64,000 nucleotides of DNA from the human T2T-CHM13v2.0 reference genome, Homo sapiens: assembly GCF_009914755.1 (NCBI RefSeq), contig NC_060927.1, one strand, 5' to 3'. Below, piece by piece: positions 1 through 13,279 of this stretch; within the stretch, counting starts at the first letter, position 1; each line of letters begins with the position of its first letter. The position numbers and the translations under genes were made by a program. Under the pieces are notes generated by a model. It was given only the letters and a program-made list of their open reading frames with translations, was not told the origin of the DNA and did not search any database.

Positions 1-530
1 TATTTTAAATCACATCCTCATTGCACTAGAAGAAATAATTGTGTTTTTGGAACTGAACACATTTGTTGTGCAAATGAGAATGCTCTTGCTTCTGCTAAAA
101 TATGTGGAAATATAAGACCTCATCTAACATAATGTGTTCTGTTTTGTGAGATGACAATTACATTTCTCACATACAGAGATGTGTCATTAGAACGCACAAG
201 GGGGGCACCATGCTATTATTCTTTGTGGTGAATGAAGCGTGATACTGATGAAAACCAGAACTCTCATTGATAATGCATTGTCTGGTTTCATTTTCCAGGT
301 AGTATCAAACACCATGTAGTTTCCCAATATATCTAATTGGATATGAAGTTAGACTGCTCATTTCCTAAGCTTAATTTTCTCTTCCAAATAAACCCTAAAG
401 CAAACATGATATAAATTAGCTTTATTATTATTTTTTATTTAATCTGATTACGGACACTTAGATCTTTTTGTTCTGTTTCTGAGAATCCAGAGATTCATTA
501 AGTCCTCTCTTCTGGTTTTATATCCAAAAG

Positions 531-627
531 ATATATATATATATATATACACACACTGGTATATGTGTGTGTATATATACATACACACACATAAGTGTAT
601 ATATATATATACACACACACACATATA
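531..627. repeat. compound (TA)n/(CA)n/(TG)n microsatellite
   Basis: Directly visible alternating TA, CA and TG runs. Confidence 0.95.
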
Positions 628-636
628 AAGAGTGGG

Positions 637-824
637 CTGCTCATGAACAGCTATTATGCAGCTTCTAAAGCTTTTCATGTATGAATTAGGTAGGAATGTG
701 TTGGTTGCATGTGGCAGAGATCTTAACCTATTGTCTAAAGTCAAGAGCAGTGCCTGCTTTTGTCCAACTCAGTGCAGGGGTTATTCCAGCTGCCAGAACC
801 TTATCTCTTGGCTTACCTGTGCTA
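637..824 (-). repeat. left arm of ~188-bp inverted repeat (partner 1457-1643)
   Basis: Reverse complement (tagcacaggtaagccaagagataagg...ctgttcatgagcag) aligns by eye to 1457-1643 with about 21 differences. Confidence 0.97.
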
Positions 825-903
825 CACACACACACACACAAACTTATATATACACATGAGCGTGTATATATATATATACATATACATACATATGCATATA
901 CAT
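825..903. repeat. (CA)n/(TA)n/(TACA)n microsatellite
   Basis: Visible simple repeat directly abutting the left arm of the inverted repeat. Confidence 0.93.
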
Positions 904-1456
904 AGAGTTCTCCTATATAAAAAGACATTTATATAGGAGAATTCAGATTTGTTACTGAAATAAATTCTTAGCAATAATAATATATTTGCATTCTCCTCTT
1001 CCCTTTCTTAGAAACTACTCTTTGATCTGCCTTCTCTCAGAATGATATTGTGTAAATTACTACTTAATTTAATATTCTTTAAAATAGGATAGCATCCTTC
1101 TCCTCTGGTAATCTTATTCCCTGAAAAAAATCCTTGAGAATTGTACATTGTTTTTAAACATAAAAACTGCTTTGATCTTTTTGTGAGAAAAGATGTATGA
1201 TTTACAAGCCCCTTTCAACCTACAAATTCTATATTGTGTGTCTGCTGGGCACAAAACATGATGAAGTTTCCACAGGAATAAAATGAAGTGTAAGATGCCA
1301 TCCCTTCTTTCAATGACCTTATAAATTTTTTGGTGACACATAATAGAAACACCTACAAATGATCATATGTTACTTTTGTACTTGGAAATCACTTAACTTT
1401 CTTCCAGCAAACTAAGAACTACTAATTCCCTCCCATCTATTACTGTTCAAGCAAGA

Positions 1457-1643
1457 TAGCACAGGTAAGCCAAGACATAAGGTTCTGGCAGCTATACTAA
1501 CCCCTGCACTGAGCGGCACAAAAGCAGGCCCTGCTCTTGACTTTAGACAAGAAGTTAAAATCTCTGCCACCTGCAACTAACACATTCCCACATGATTCAT
1601 ACATGAAAAGCTTAAAAGCTGCTTAATAGCTGCTCATGAGCAG
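1457..1643 (+). repeat. right arm of ~188-bp inverted repeat (partner 637-824)
   Basis: tagcacaggtaagccaagacataagg...ctgctcatgagcag matches the reverse complement of 637-824. Confidence 0.97.
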
Positions 1644-1946
1644 AAATTCCTTTTTTCTCTGTGCAGATAAGGAAGTGAGGTGCTACATTCCTTTGAGAAA
1701 TTTAGTTTCTGCATAAAATCAATTGGGACAAGTTTTCAATACAAAAAATATTAGACATTATCCCAAGATGGAAATTTTGGTTCCTGAGTCCTCAATAAAA
1801 TATTGCTGTATTTTAAATAGAAGCTCGAAGTGTGACCCCTCTCAGTAACTATGTAGGATGCCATGTAATCATGAGGGAGTCTCTTTCAAGATGACAGAAA
1901 GAAAATGAGACTGGGAAAAAGAAATTTTCCCCTTCTTGGCTCTGTA

Positions 1947-2170
1947 GCAGTAGTTCTCAATCAGGATGATTTTGCTTCCCAGGGGAAATTTGGCAGTGTT
2001 TGGAGATATTATTACCACTGGGGTAGAGAGATTAGTAGAAAGGTGCTACTGTCACCTAGTGGAGAGAAACCAGGGATGTTGTTAAACATCCTACAATGCA
2101 CTGGACAGCCCCTGACAACAAAGAATTATCTGGCCCAAGATGTCAGTAGTACTGACATTGAAAAGTCCTA
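1947..2170 (+). mobile_element. MER20 (hAT-Charlie non-autonomous DNA transposon)
   Basis: cagtagttctcaa start; ggggaaatttggcagtgtttggagat, cagggatgttgttaaacatcctacaatgcac and acaaagaattatctggccca match the recalled MER20 consensus. Confidence 0.88.
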
Positions 2171-2612
2171 TACTGCAGAGTACTCCTTAGTGTTGAGATA
2201 TTTAGTTGGATAGGATTAACAAAACTAATAGGAAGAATCAATAGAAATGCTGCTTACATTGGATCATAGAAAACTAAGTACAGTTGCTCTTATGTTACAA
2301 TTACCTACATAGTCATATATTAGTTGCCTATGAAAGATATTTTATTGTTTCAGTCTTCCCTTATTGTCTTGTAACTGTCACATAATAGATCAACAACCTA
2401 ACTGGTATTCACAGCCTTTGTATGGGCTTCCAGAGGTTTTTGGTATGGGGTATCTATGCAACCTTATGATTTAAAGAAGCTAGTCTCAACTGGGTTATTT
2501 CCCATGTCATTTACGTAGGTATACTGCATGTGTGACTTTGTATTAGGCCTTCAAAGTGAAATCAAATATTTGTGCATCTGAAGTCAAAGAGGAATACTCT
2601 TTATTTAAAATT

Positions 2613-3135
2613 GTTTTATTATACTTTAAGTTCTGGGATACATGTGCAGAACATGCAGGTTTGTTACATAGGTATACATGTGCCATGGTTGTTTGCTGCA
2701 CCTATCAACCTGTCATCTACATTAGGTATTTCTCCTAATGCTATCCCTCCCCTAGCTCCCCACCCCCTGACAGGTCCTGGTGTGTGATGTTCCCCTCCCT
2801 GTGTCCATGTGTTCTCATTGTTCAACTCCCACTTATGAGTGAGAACATGTGGTATTTGGTTTTCTGTTCTTGTGTTAGTTTGCCGAGAATGATGGTTTCC
2901 AGCTTCATCCATGTCCCCGCAAAGGACATGAACTCGTCCTTTTTTATGGCCGCATAGTATTCCATGGTGTATATGTGTCACGTTTTCTTCATCCAGTCTA
3001 TCATTGATGGGCATTCAAGTTGGTTCCAAGTCTTTGCTATTGTGAACAGTGCTGCAATAAACATACGTGTGCAAGTGTTTTATAGTAGAATAATCCTTTG
3101 GGTATATACCCAGTAATGGGATTGCTGGGTCAAAC
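2613..3135 (-). mobile_element. 5'-truncated L1PA 3' end (L1PA7-like)
   Basis: ttattatactttaagttctgggatacatgtgcagaacatgcagg L1PA 3'UTR in antisense; candidate TSD aattgttt at 2609-2616 and 3137-3144. Confidence 0.93.
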
Positions 3136-4729
3136 TAATTGTTTAAATTAGTCAATCGATATGTTTTTTTGTGGCAGAGTTTGCTGAGATATTTTTCTAT
3201 AGACCAGTTCAGAAATGACTGTATTGAAATGAATGTCAATCAGCAGAGTCATTTGAATAAAATCTGGTGTTCAGTTTCACAGACACAGGATGCAAGGACA
3301 CCCATAGCAAAACTTCTGATAGAAACTTTGGTGTTTTCGAAAGCAATCTCGTGTATTTAATTTTCCTTAAGTCACTATAAGGTGGAAAATTATTTCTTTG
3401 TCAAAAGGATCCTATAAAAAGTTCTGAATGCTAAAGAAATAAAGGCCATCATTTTGCACAATAAAAATAACAACCGCATAAACTCATTAGCAGAGAAATT
3501 TTGGTGTCCCACAGGACATTTTGCAGATAAAATATCAAAAGCACTTTGATGCACTCAAACGTAATGAAAATCTTTGACACTTATAACATTTTAGAATATA
3601 TCTAAAAATTGCTCAAATAAAAATAAAAATTCCTACTGGTATAGTCTAATTACATAAAAAAGAACATTGTAGTTTAACATTTATTTAATTTCAGTCACAT
3701 ATTCTCAAATGATAAAATATTTATTTTGTAATCTTTCTGTTTTTTATTTAAAAACAAGATCATCCTTATAAATAGGAATTGAAAATTTAGTAGCCCAAAT
3801 AAAATTTTTAATAGCTCTTCTTCCCTATGGAAGATAATAAGTAATAAAATGAATAAAATGTGTATACTTTACAACTCAAATCATATTAATTGCTACATGC
3901 TCTAAGCAAATTATTCTGCTGCCATTATAGGTCAAAGCTCAACCTGGGATAACTTTATTATTCAGTTTATAAGATAGGTAGGCATAAATGTCATTATTTT
4001 AAAGGTTATAAATTTTAAAAATCGAGACAGGAATATGTATTTGTTCAAAGTTATCTATTCATAAGATGGGAAAAGAGTCAAGATAACAAGATATGTATTA
4101 GATGCAGAAGAATTCCATCACAGTGAGATGATCAGGAGATTTTATAACAGATATAACTGAAAGCATTGCTGTTTGAGCATATTTGTTTACAGATAAAATG
4201 TCACGATTATTTTTACTGGTTTTTTTTGTTTGTTTTATTGCTCTTTTTCTCTTTGTAAGATGAAACAGATTTGATTAGATGAAATAAGAGCTCTCATCTT
4301 ATCCAGGTGGATTTATGTAGCTGCACTTATTGCTGACCAGGAAAAAAATACTTCATATTCTTCTAGCCCAATGCTTTGCAAACTTTCTCACTAAAGTAAC
4401 CCAATGGATGGTGACAATATAAGCATATCCCATGGAATATAAGCTTTAGCCTGATTCAGACACTGCATGCCTGCCATTTCCTTGAAATTTAACGTTATGT
4501 TAAAAATACATTCAAATTCATGATTCAACTTCATAACACAGCAGTGTCTTGGCATCTCAGTTTGGAAAACAAGGCACTTCAGCTGGTGTCTTGGCACAGT
4601 AAATCTCCTATAATGGAAGATACCTTAAAAGTTACCTAGTGTGGTAGTTCAAAATGTTTTGGTAGGCTCACAGTGCTTGTCTGTTCCTCCCTTCATTAGC
4701 TACTATAATTTTTTTTTCCTTTTGTGAAG

Positions 4730-5030
4730 ACAAATTATTTCATCACTGTGTGGCAATGAGTAAACCATTCAGTCTCTCTGGGCCTTTAATTTCAACTGCA
4801 ATGTGGGTATTTAGGTAGATTATTATAGTCTGAGGCCTGAATTCCGACCCCAGCTTTATTTATTACTCATTACCAGGATTTTTAAATTTTTTAATGAGAT
4901 CCAAAACAGCTTTATTATGAGTAAAATATTAATGTATGTGAAAAGTAAGGTAATGAGACTGCTGTAGCATAGTGCCTTGCACATGATAGGCTCTCAATGG
5001 CGTTGGTGGAATCAGGTTAATGAATTCAAA
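4730..5030 (+). mobile_element. degenerate MIR/L2 fragments
   Basis: tctctctgggcc..., aatgtatgtgaaaag and tagcatagtgccttgcacatgataggctctcaat motifs. Confidence 0.5.
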
Positions 5031-5879
5031 AAGAGGATGCCTGGACTATTTAGACAAATCTTGAAACCAACAGTGATCCTCCCTACTGACACAATCTCTG
5101 TGCTCCTACTTGAACTCACTCATTTAAAATACAGACCAGGACAAATGAAGTGTATTATGCATGTCAAGAGATGAAGTCTCAGTTCCATCATAGTCTATTC
5201 CAAAGTTTGTTATTATCTCTGATGAGGAAAACACCTTTTATTTAAGCTAATGCACAATTGCTATGATTTAAGCTTTTTTTTCCCTCTGTCATGCTCCTTA
5301 ATTGGAACAAGGAAAGGGTTCTCTCTTTCTTTGGACATTACACGTTATAAAATTGAAGTCCCAGCTTCTTTTCTTCCTCTTCAGAATGAGCCCTCTATAT
5401 ATTAGGCTCTTTCTTTACATTATGAAAAAATTTATTATTATACAAGTGTATCTCTGTGTATGTATACATAAATATGTATACGCACACACACTCCCACGTA
5501 CAACTTTTTTTCACAAATTATTTTCAGAATAATAGAGATGACTAAGTTCAGAGAATCTCTTCAAAACCATTAAGGTTATTGGTTTTGATTTCAAATAAGA
5601 AAAATAAATAAACCTCATGCTACAGTGTGCATTAGCCACTTTTGAATTTTCATGAAAATAAAAAACATTATTCTGAATTCATATATGATAAATGATGGTG
5701 GATTTAGAAAGCATAGCTGTGGCAGAACAAGTTTAGGGAAAGAGAATTGTGCCACCTGAAGAAAAGTCCTGAGATTAGGAATGAAAGACAAGTGATCTGG
5801 TGGGGCACCCAGAAGTGCAGAAGTCTGAGCAGACAGTGTGGAAGCGGATGAGGGGTTCAGGTTTATATACAACAGGATA

Positions 5880-6064
5880 CTGCACTTGATTGAGGTAGGA
5901 CGTCTATAAATGTCTGAGGATAGGTTTGCTTCTCACAATGACAGTTGATACTGGCATTTAGTGGCATGAGACTAGGGATGTTACAAGGCAAGCACTGAGA
6001 CAGTCCCACCCACCCAAGAACTGTATGACCCAAATTAACCATAGTGCTGTCATTGAGAAACACT
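5880..6064 (+). mobile_element. diverged MER20-family element
   Basis: tactggcatttagtgg, agggatgtta, ccaagaactg and ttgagaaacact termini resemble MER20. Confidence 0.65.
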
Positions 6065-8149
6065 AGCAGGATAAAGCAAATTTCACAGGTTATCATAGAT
6101 AATAGACTTCAAGTTCAGAAAGGTGATCTGGATAGGCAGATTCAGGAATCTGCCTGGACTGAGCAGTGGAACAAAGTCTTAGAAACAAGGTGTTGGCTAA
6201 AATCACCAGAGTCTACTAATTGATGGCCATTACCACCAACGATCAGTGCCTATTGTGTTCAAAACCCATATCCAGCACTTCAGGGGAAAGACAGACAATA
6301 AGGACCTTACCCCTAGTCCACTGTGGGCACGAATCCTTTATCACACAGAGCTCCCAGCCAGACTGGGTGATCAACACTGCCTTCAGGAAAACATAAATAT
6401 GGTTCATAGCACACACTGCCACTGCCAGCCTTGCAAAGTCACTAATAAGACACAGAAAGCACAATGGATCTATTATCTTGCCCTGATTTGTGACCCTTAT
6501 ACCTTACTTCCCTGACTGTGGCCAGACTTATTTGAGTCCAAAGAGTAAACTGTGGTCAGCAAAGCTGGCTGGCCATCAACAAAGATTCATGGTCACCCCT
6601 GTGGTTTCTGTTCTCCGTGAGTGAATCATTCCTTGGCTTCTGCCACTCCTCAGCCCTCCGAGTCTATGGGGAAGAGTGCTTCCTTAGGCTCATGTGTGGC
6701 TGGACTGCCTGCCAGAACCTAAGCACATACATTAGTCCCTGTAGGCTATGTTGGAGCCTCTAATCTCCCTCCACCTTGTGCCTTTTTGTATTAAATCACC
6801 TAGATTTTTATTTCTGAGACTTAATTATCAAGGACATTTAACTTGGCTAATTTTAGAGGCAATAGTTGGTTTTTATCTTTAGAGTTAATAAAAGAGGTAA
6901 ATCATATATCCAATTGTTTGGGTTTTTTGGTTTTTAAAACCTGATCCTTAGAAGGAAAACTACGGTACATGTGATATGTAGAGCCAAGATTTGTTATGGG
7001 TTATAAGAGAGTGAGATTTGGCGGAGGTTGACAATTCGAAGAATCACCATGAAAACATATCCTCAAGGAGGCATTCGGTTGTGATGAAAAGCTCTGCTTG
7101 TTTCCAGAAATAATTTTTATCATTTGCTAATCACTGGGCTCTTTTCTCGCTTAATGGCCTGAGATCAGAACTCTGGAAAGAATCTTGGAGAAACCAAGGG
7201 CTTCATGCCTGGCTGCCCAAAGTACCAGCATTCCTTCAGCCCAGGGGCAAAGAGTGGGGGAAACTTCTACTCAGCCTGGTAAATACTGGGAGCTTCTCCA
7301 TAGAAGAGACGCGGGACCCTGCTTCTAAGTGGAAGGGCTTACTGTGATGGGCCTCTCTCTATTATACTTGTTTAGGAACTTTGAGACTTTGGGGTCCATT
7401 CTTTAGGCACAAGCAAATGGAAAGAGAAAGAATTTATTTCCTTCAGGACCTTACAGATAAGTAGATGCTTTTCTAGGTAGAGGTAAAAATCATTTTGTCA
7501 TTTCCTTTGTTTTTAAAGAAAATGTAAAAATAATACTATTACTGATAACAAAATTAGCAGTATTTTTTGGTGTAGCTTCATGCTCACAGAGTCATGCATG
7601 TTTATGTTTGAAGGGGTTTCTTGAACGCAGGCCCATGGTCTCTTCCTAAATATGTTTGACACTCATGTGCTTTGGAAAGCAATTGCATGAAGTACATATC
7701 AGCTAGCTTTTTAAGTCTTGCAACACTTCCTACACTCACAATTCGGAAGCTAACCAAACATAATTGAAAATTACAGGCATCTAAAACAGATAATTATCTT
7801 TCCAGAATTAAGTTCCTCTTGGGAAACTATTTTTACTCAAATGGTTCACTGGAATGAATTTCTTCTAAAGAAAATGTGATAGCATCTTAATCCATTATTA
7901 ACTCATTGCCTTTAACTTTGGCCCTGATTTTGAGCAGCAATAAAATCAAAGATTAAACATGCTTATACTCATGTCAGGTACTTGTAGCTCAAAGGGCCTG
8001 CTTTAAATTATGTGTGTTATACGTCTCTTTGCTTAAAGTCCTAAGCAGAAATTTAAAAAAAATCATCCAACTGGACAAAATGTAGGCAAGTATACTGACT
8101 ATAATATTTATCAAACTTTCCTAAGGAAATAAGTCAACAAGTGTTACAC

Positions 8150-8900
8150 AATTTCCACTTCCTGCCAAGATAAAACAATGAGCACTGGGTTTACCCTTTT
8201 ATCTCAAACAACAAAAATATCCAAGAGGTAAAATTTATATTTAAAAAAGTTTTCAAGACGTGAGACAAGAGGAAATGAAGGACAGTAAGTCCAGAGTGAG
8301 GCAAATGAAGCCATTTCAATGACTGCTCCCAGCACTGCCATGAGCCAGTGTCCAGGCCACTGATCAGGGAGGAAACTCAAGCAGAGCCTGGTGCGCTCCC
8401 TGCTGAGAAGACAGAGTTGACAGTCTGAGGGGGATCAGGCAGCTACATCTTATGGGACAGGACACAGAGAAGGAGAGGAGAGTGTGGCACAGACAGAACT
8501 CCTGAGATCGGCAGAGAGTCCTTCTAGAAACTCCAGCAGAGAACTAGCAGCACATGTATATAAGAAAATGACTTGAAGCCAGAAAAAGAAAGCATCTGAA
8601 AAGATTAGAGGAATGCAATAGTGACTGATATCCACATAGGGCTAGAAATAATGCTTGTTACCACAGTCGGGCTGGAAAAAAACCTTGTCACTTACAGGCA
8701 ACAGTTGGGTAAATTCAGGATGGTTTTGCTTCAGTAATGGGGAATAATTAGCCCAAAATATGCACTGCTCTGGTTCTACTTAATGAATCTTAAATATAAG
8801 ACTCTAGAGGATAAAACTATTTCCAAGTACCTTAACCACATCCCAGAACAAAGCTCAATAATTTTTATAGAAATACAAAAATACTCAACACCCAACAAAT
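8150..8900 (+). mobile_element. old L1M 5' region fragment
   Basis: acttcctgccaagat start and purine-rich L1M 5'UTR-like sequence ending ccacatcccagaacaaagctcaataatttttatagaaatac. Confidence 0.55.
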
Positions 8901-9149
8901 GTTACAAGCAGCAAATCCACAATCCTATAAATATTCTTTTATGTAATAACAAATTCATGGAACAAAGGCTTATTATATTGAGAAATAAGTACTAACAACA
9001 TGCAGGTTCTCAAGAAGTTTTACAGTCTAGCAGGGAGCAAGAAGGGTAGCGTATCTCATTGGGGAACCATGGATCTGCTACAGTGGGAGACCACAGATTC
9101 AAGGTGGTTATTCCATGTGAAAGAGGCTTTGGCAAGGGCTCTTCTTGTT

Positions 9150-10183
<1,034 letters not shown>

Positions 10184-10189
10184 TAGGGA

Positions 10190-10700
10190 TCTTCTTAATC
10201 AAATGCATTGATAGAAAAAAAGCAACCAGAACAAGTTTTGTCTTTGTGCACTCTGGCTGGTAGGACCAAATCTGCAGAATTGTGTTACATCTGGGCAGTA
10301 TCCTGAGTGGGCTTTTGGCAAAAAAGGATGGATTGAGAAGGGGTAATGAGTAGCAAGAAGCATAAGAAAATCATATCCTGAGGAATGATTGACAAAACTG
10401 TGGAAATTTCTCTTGAAAACAAGAAAACAATTAGTGGGAGGCTACCCGACAGCTTATTTAGATTATCTACCTGGGCTGCAGAGAAGGGTTCCACTGGATC
10501 TGATGATGATACTGGAGGCAAAACTAACTTCATGGAATGGAAATGATTGGCAGACAAATTTCAATGCAATAAAAGGAAAAAAATACCACAATTACACAGT
10601 GTAGTTAATAAAAAGTAAATGAGGTTTATTGTGATCCAGGGAATGCCTCTCAACTAGAATCAAGGGCTAGATTAAGCTATTACTTAGTGTGGAAGCTGAA
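10190..10700 (+). mobile_element. CR1/L3 LINE fragment
   Basis: ctctggctggtaggaccaaatctgcagaattgtgttacatctggg resembles the CR1 RT 3' region; explains the ORFs at 10285 and 10389. Confidence 0.6.
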
Positions 10701-11309
10701 GAAAAAAGCAGACAACCCTGCAATTGCTTTTGCTTTTGTCACAGAGGTAATGCAATGCAAAGCTGAAATTTCTTAGATTGAAAGATATTTAGTAGTGAAT
10801 TCAGAGGATCATTGTTAGTTCTCCTTAGGGTAAGACATAATATTTGCACATTATTTTTAAAAGCAGTGAAATCTTGGATTGCATTTTTTCCCAAAAAGCA
10901 ATAAAAGCTTTGACTGTCTAATAAATTTGATGATGCAGAGGTTAAGAGAGATAAGTGACTTAATAACTGTGTTCTATTTTGCAACATGGTCCACAAGGTA
11001 CAAAGGAATAGTTTACAATTTTAAATGACCCTACTTCTGAAACCAGAGTATCTTTTCTTCTATGATACGGCTGACCCGGTGTGCTGATAATGATATAGTA
11101 AGCACTGCTTACATGCCATCCCAACAATTCCTCAAATCAATCTAATAAAGAAAAGGAACGGAGCACAACACTGGAAGGATGGAAATGCATCCTGTGCATT
11201 GGCATCTTTATATTTATGAAAATATTAACTAGAATTTACTGCAGCCACTTAAGACCCTGCATGGCTCCTGTTGTACTAACCGTGTACTCCTTTCCTTACC
11301 TCTCAGAGT

Positions 11310-11470
11310 GGGGCACTCACACCAGAGAGTTGCATCCTAGTTCCATCACTTACTACGAGACTCATTCATGTGGACTGCTCCATGCCTCAGTTTCCTCATC
11401 TGTAAAATAGAGATAATGATAATAGCTTCTTTACTGCATAATTGTGAGAATTAAAGTTTCATATATAAAA
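11310..11470 (+). mobile_element. MIR SINE
   Basis: MIR core tgcctcagtttcctcatctgtaaaatagagataat. Confidence 0.85.
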
Positions 11471-11474
11471 ATAG

Positions 11475-11808
<334 letters not shown>

Positions 11809-12691
11809 CCGTTTACCATTTCTTTTTACCCCATGCCCCCGCATCATCTCAAAGCATCATTTCCAGCATCCTCAATTAATGCTGGAAATGAAAGAACAGA
11901 AGCTAATCTATGATTTGTTTTTCAATTCAGAGGAAGGATCCTTTTTAGAATTATTTCCAGGTAGTTAAGATTTTGAATTTATTTCTCTCCATGTATTTTC
12001 ACTTTCCTTCAAATGAAGAAATAAAAATAGCCTGTTAATTTGGGTACCTTTTGGAGTGATATTTTGTTAGGTGGATGTGAGCAAATTACTTTTAATAGTC
12101 GTAGCATCCTTTCAACTCTAAAAGTACCTGCTTGTTCCCAGATCCAAGTCCCTTTGTGGCAGTTTTCAGCATTTCATGAGATTGAGGACATAATCTCACC
12201 CCCTATTGCTGGAATTCTCTTTGATAGTCGAAATCTTTCAAAGATTGTTGGCTACTGTTGTTTCTTAGCAGGGTTTGGCAGGCACAATGACAAGTATCTG
12301 ACAGACATGTGTTTTTCCATTGATAAGAAGAAAAGTTTCCTGAGACAAGTGTGTTGAATATTCATGCTAAAATTTTAAAAATGTGTTGTACATTTTCCTC
12401 CTGCCCAGCACATGCACTAGTATGTACACGACATAAAATGGTATCATCAGCCCCCAAACAAACATCTATAACAAAATCTTTTCACCTGGTGCTGGCAAGG
12501 CCCAGGTTCACATTGTGAACTGGTGAGGCAGGAACTTCTTAGTGAGATTGTCTACAGCTCTGTTAATATTCAGCTGACAGAGCCTCACCAGCATCTGCTG
12601 CTAGAGACTATGAACTTGTTTTTCTCACAATAATTAGGTGAACTGAATTATCCTCCCAGGAGTATTATACCAGTCTGAGGTAGTCAAACCA

Positions 12692-12737
12692 TCACAAACA
12701 CACATACATACACACACACACTCTCACACACACACAC
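12692..12737. repeat. imperfect (CA)n microsatellite
   Basis: Visible CA run. Confidence 0.9.
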
Positions 12738-13279
12738 CCCCCAAAGATAATTTTCACAGGAGGAAAGCCCTGAGAAAATCTGTTTATGAAAATAAATGTA
12801 ACCTACTATAACAAGTTCGTATAAATAAAAATGGAATAAAATGATGTATTTCCTGATGTGAATGACAATAGAAAAAGCACCATTCTGCCCTGTTAGGTAA
12901 AAGAAAACTTAAATGTGTGCTAATAGAGGGGGAAATTAGGTTATATTCTCAAATAGAAGGTCCAATGTTCCTTTATGTCCCCAAATTAGAGGAAGGCATA
13001 TGAGGACCATAGAACCTTTGGATTCATACCACTTTCAACTGAAGATATTCTCTACTAAAATAACCCTTTACATATTATAGAGAACAATTTACAAGGAAGT
13101 TTACATTTTATTGAAGAAACATAGAAATACTTGTATACATTATTACTTATATAATAAAGAAACATTTTATAGTTTTGAGGGAAACACTGAACCATGTTTT
13201 TCCTTGAACTGCATGAATATGTTAAAATTTATTTACTTTTTAGAGGATATAGGTGGGCCACTTTGAGAAATAAGCTGAA

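Noticed and set aside
171-245. Possible minus-strand exon (ttttcatcag|TATCAC...TGTAT|gtgaga)
   Set aside because: Weak donor and unrecognisable translation
448-928. Overlapping ORFs rich in Y/I/C/V/H/T
   Set aside because: Translations of the microsatellites
6134-6155. 10-bp hairpin aggcagattc-ag-gaatctgcct
   Set aside because: Isolated and short, with no supporting context
6305-6392. Possible minus-strand exon ending GGG|gtaagg
   Set aside because: Poor acceptor (aag) and no recognisable peptide
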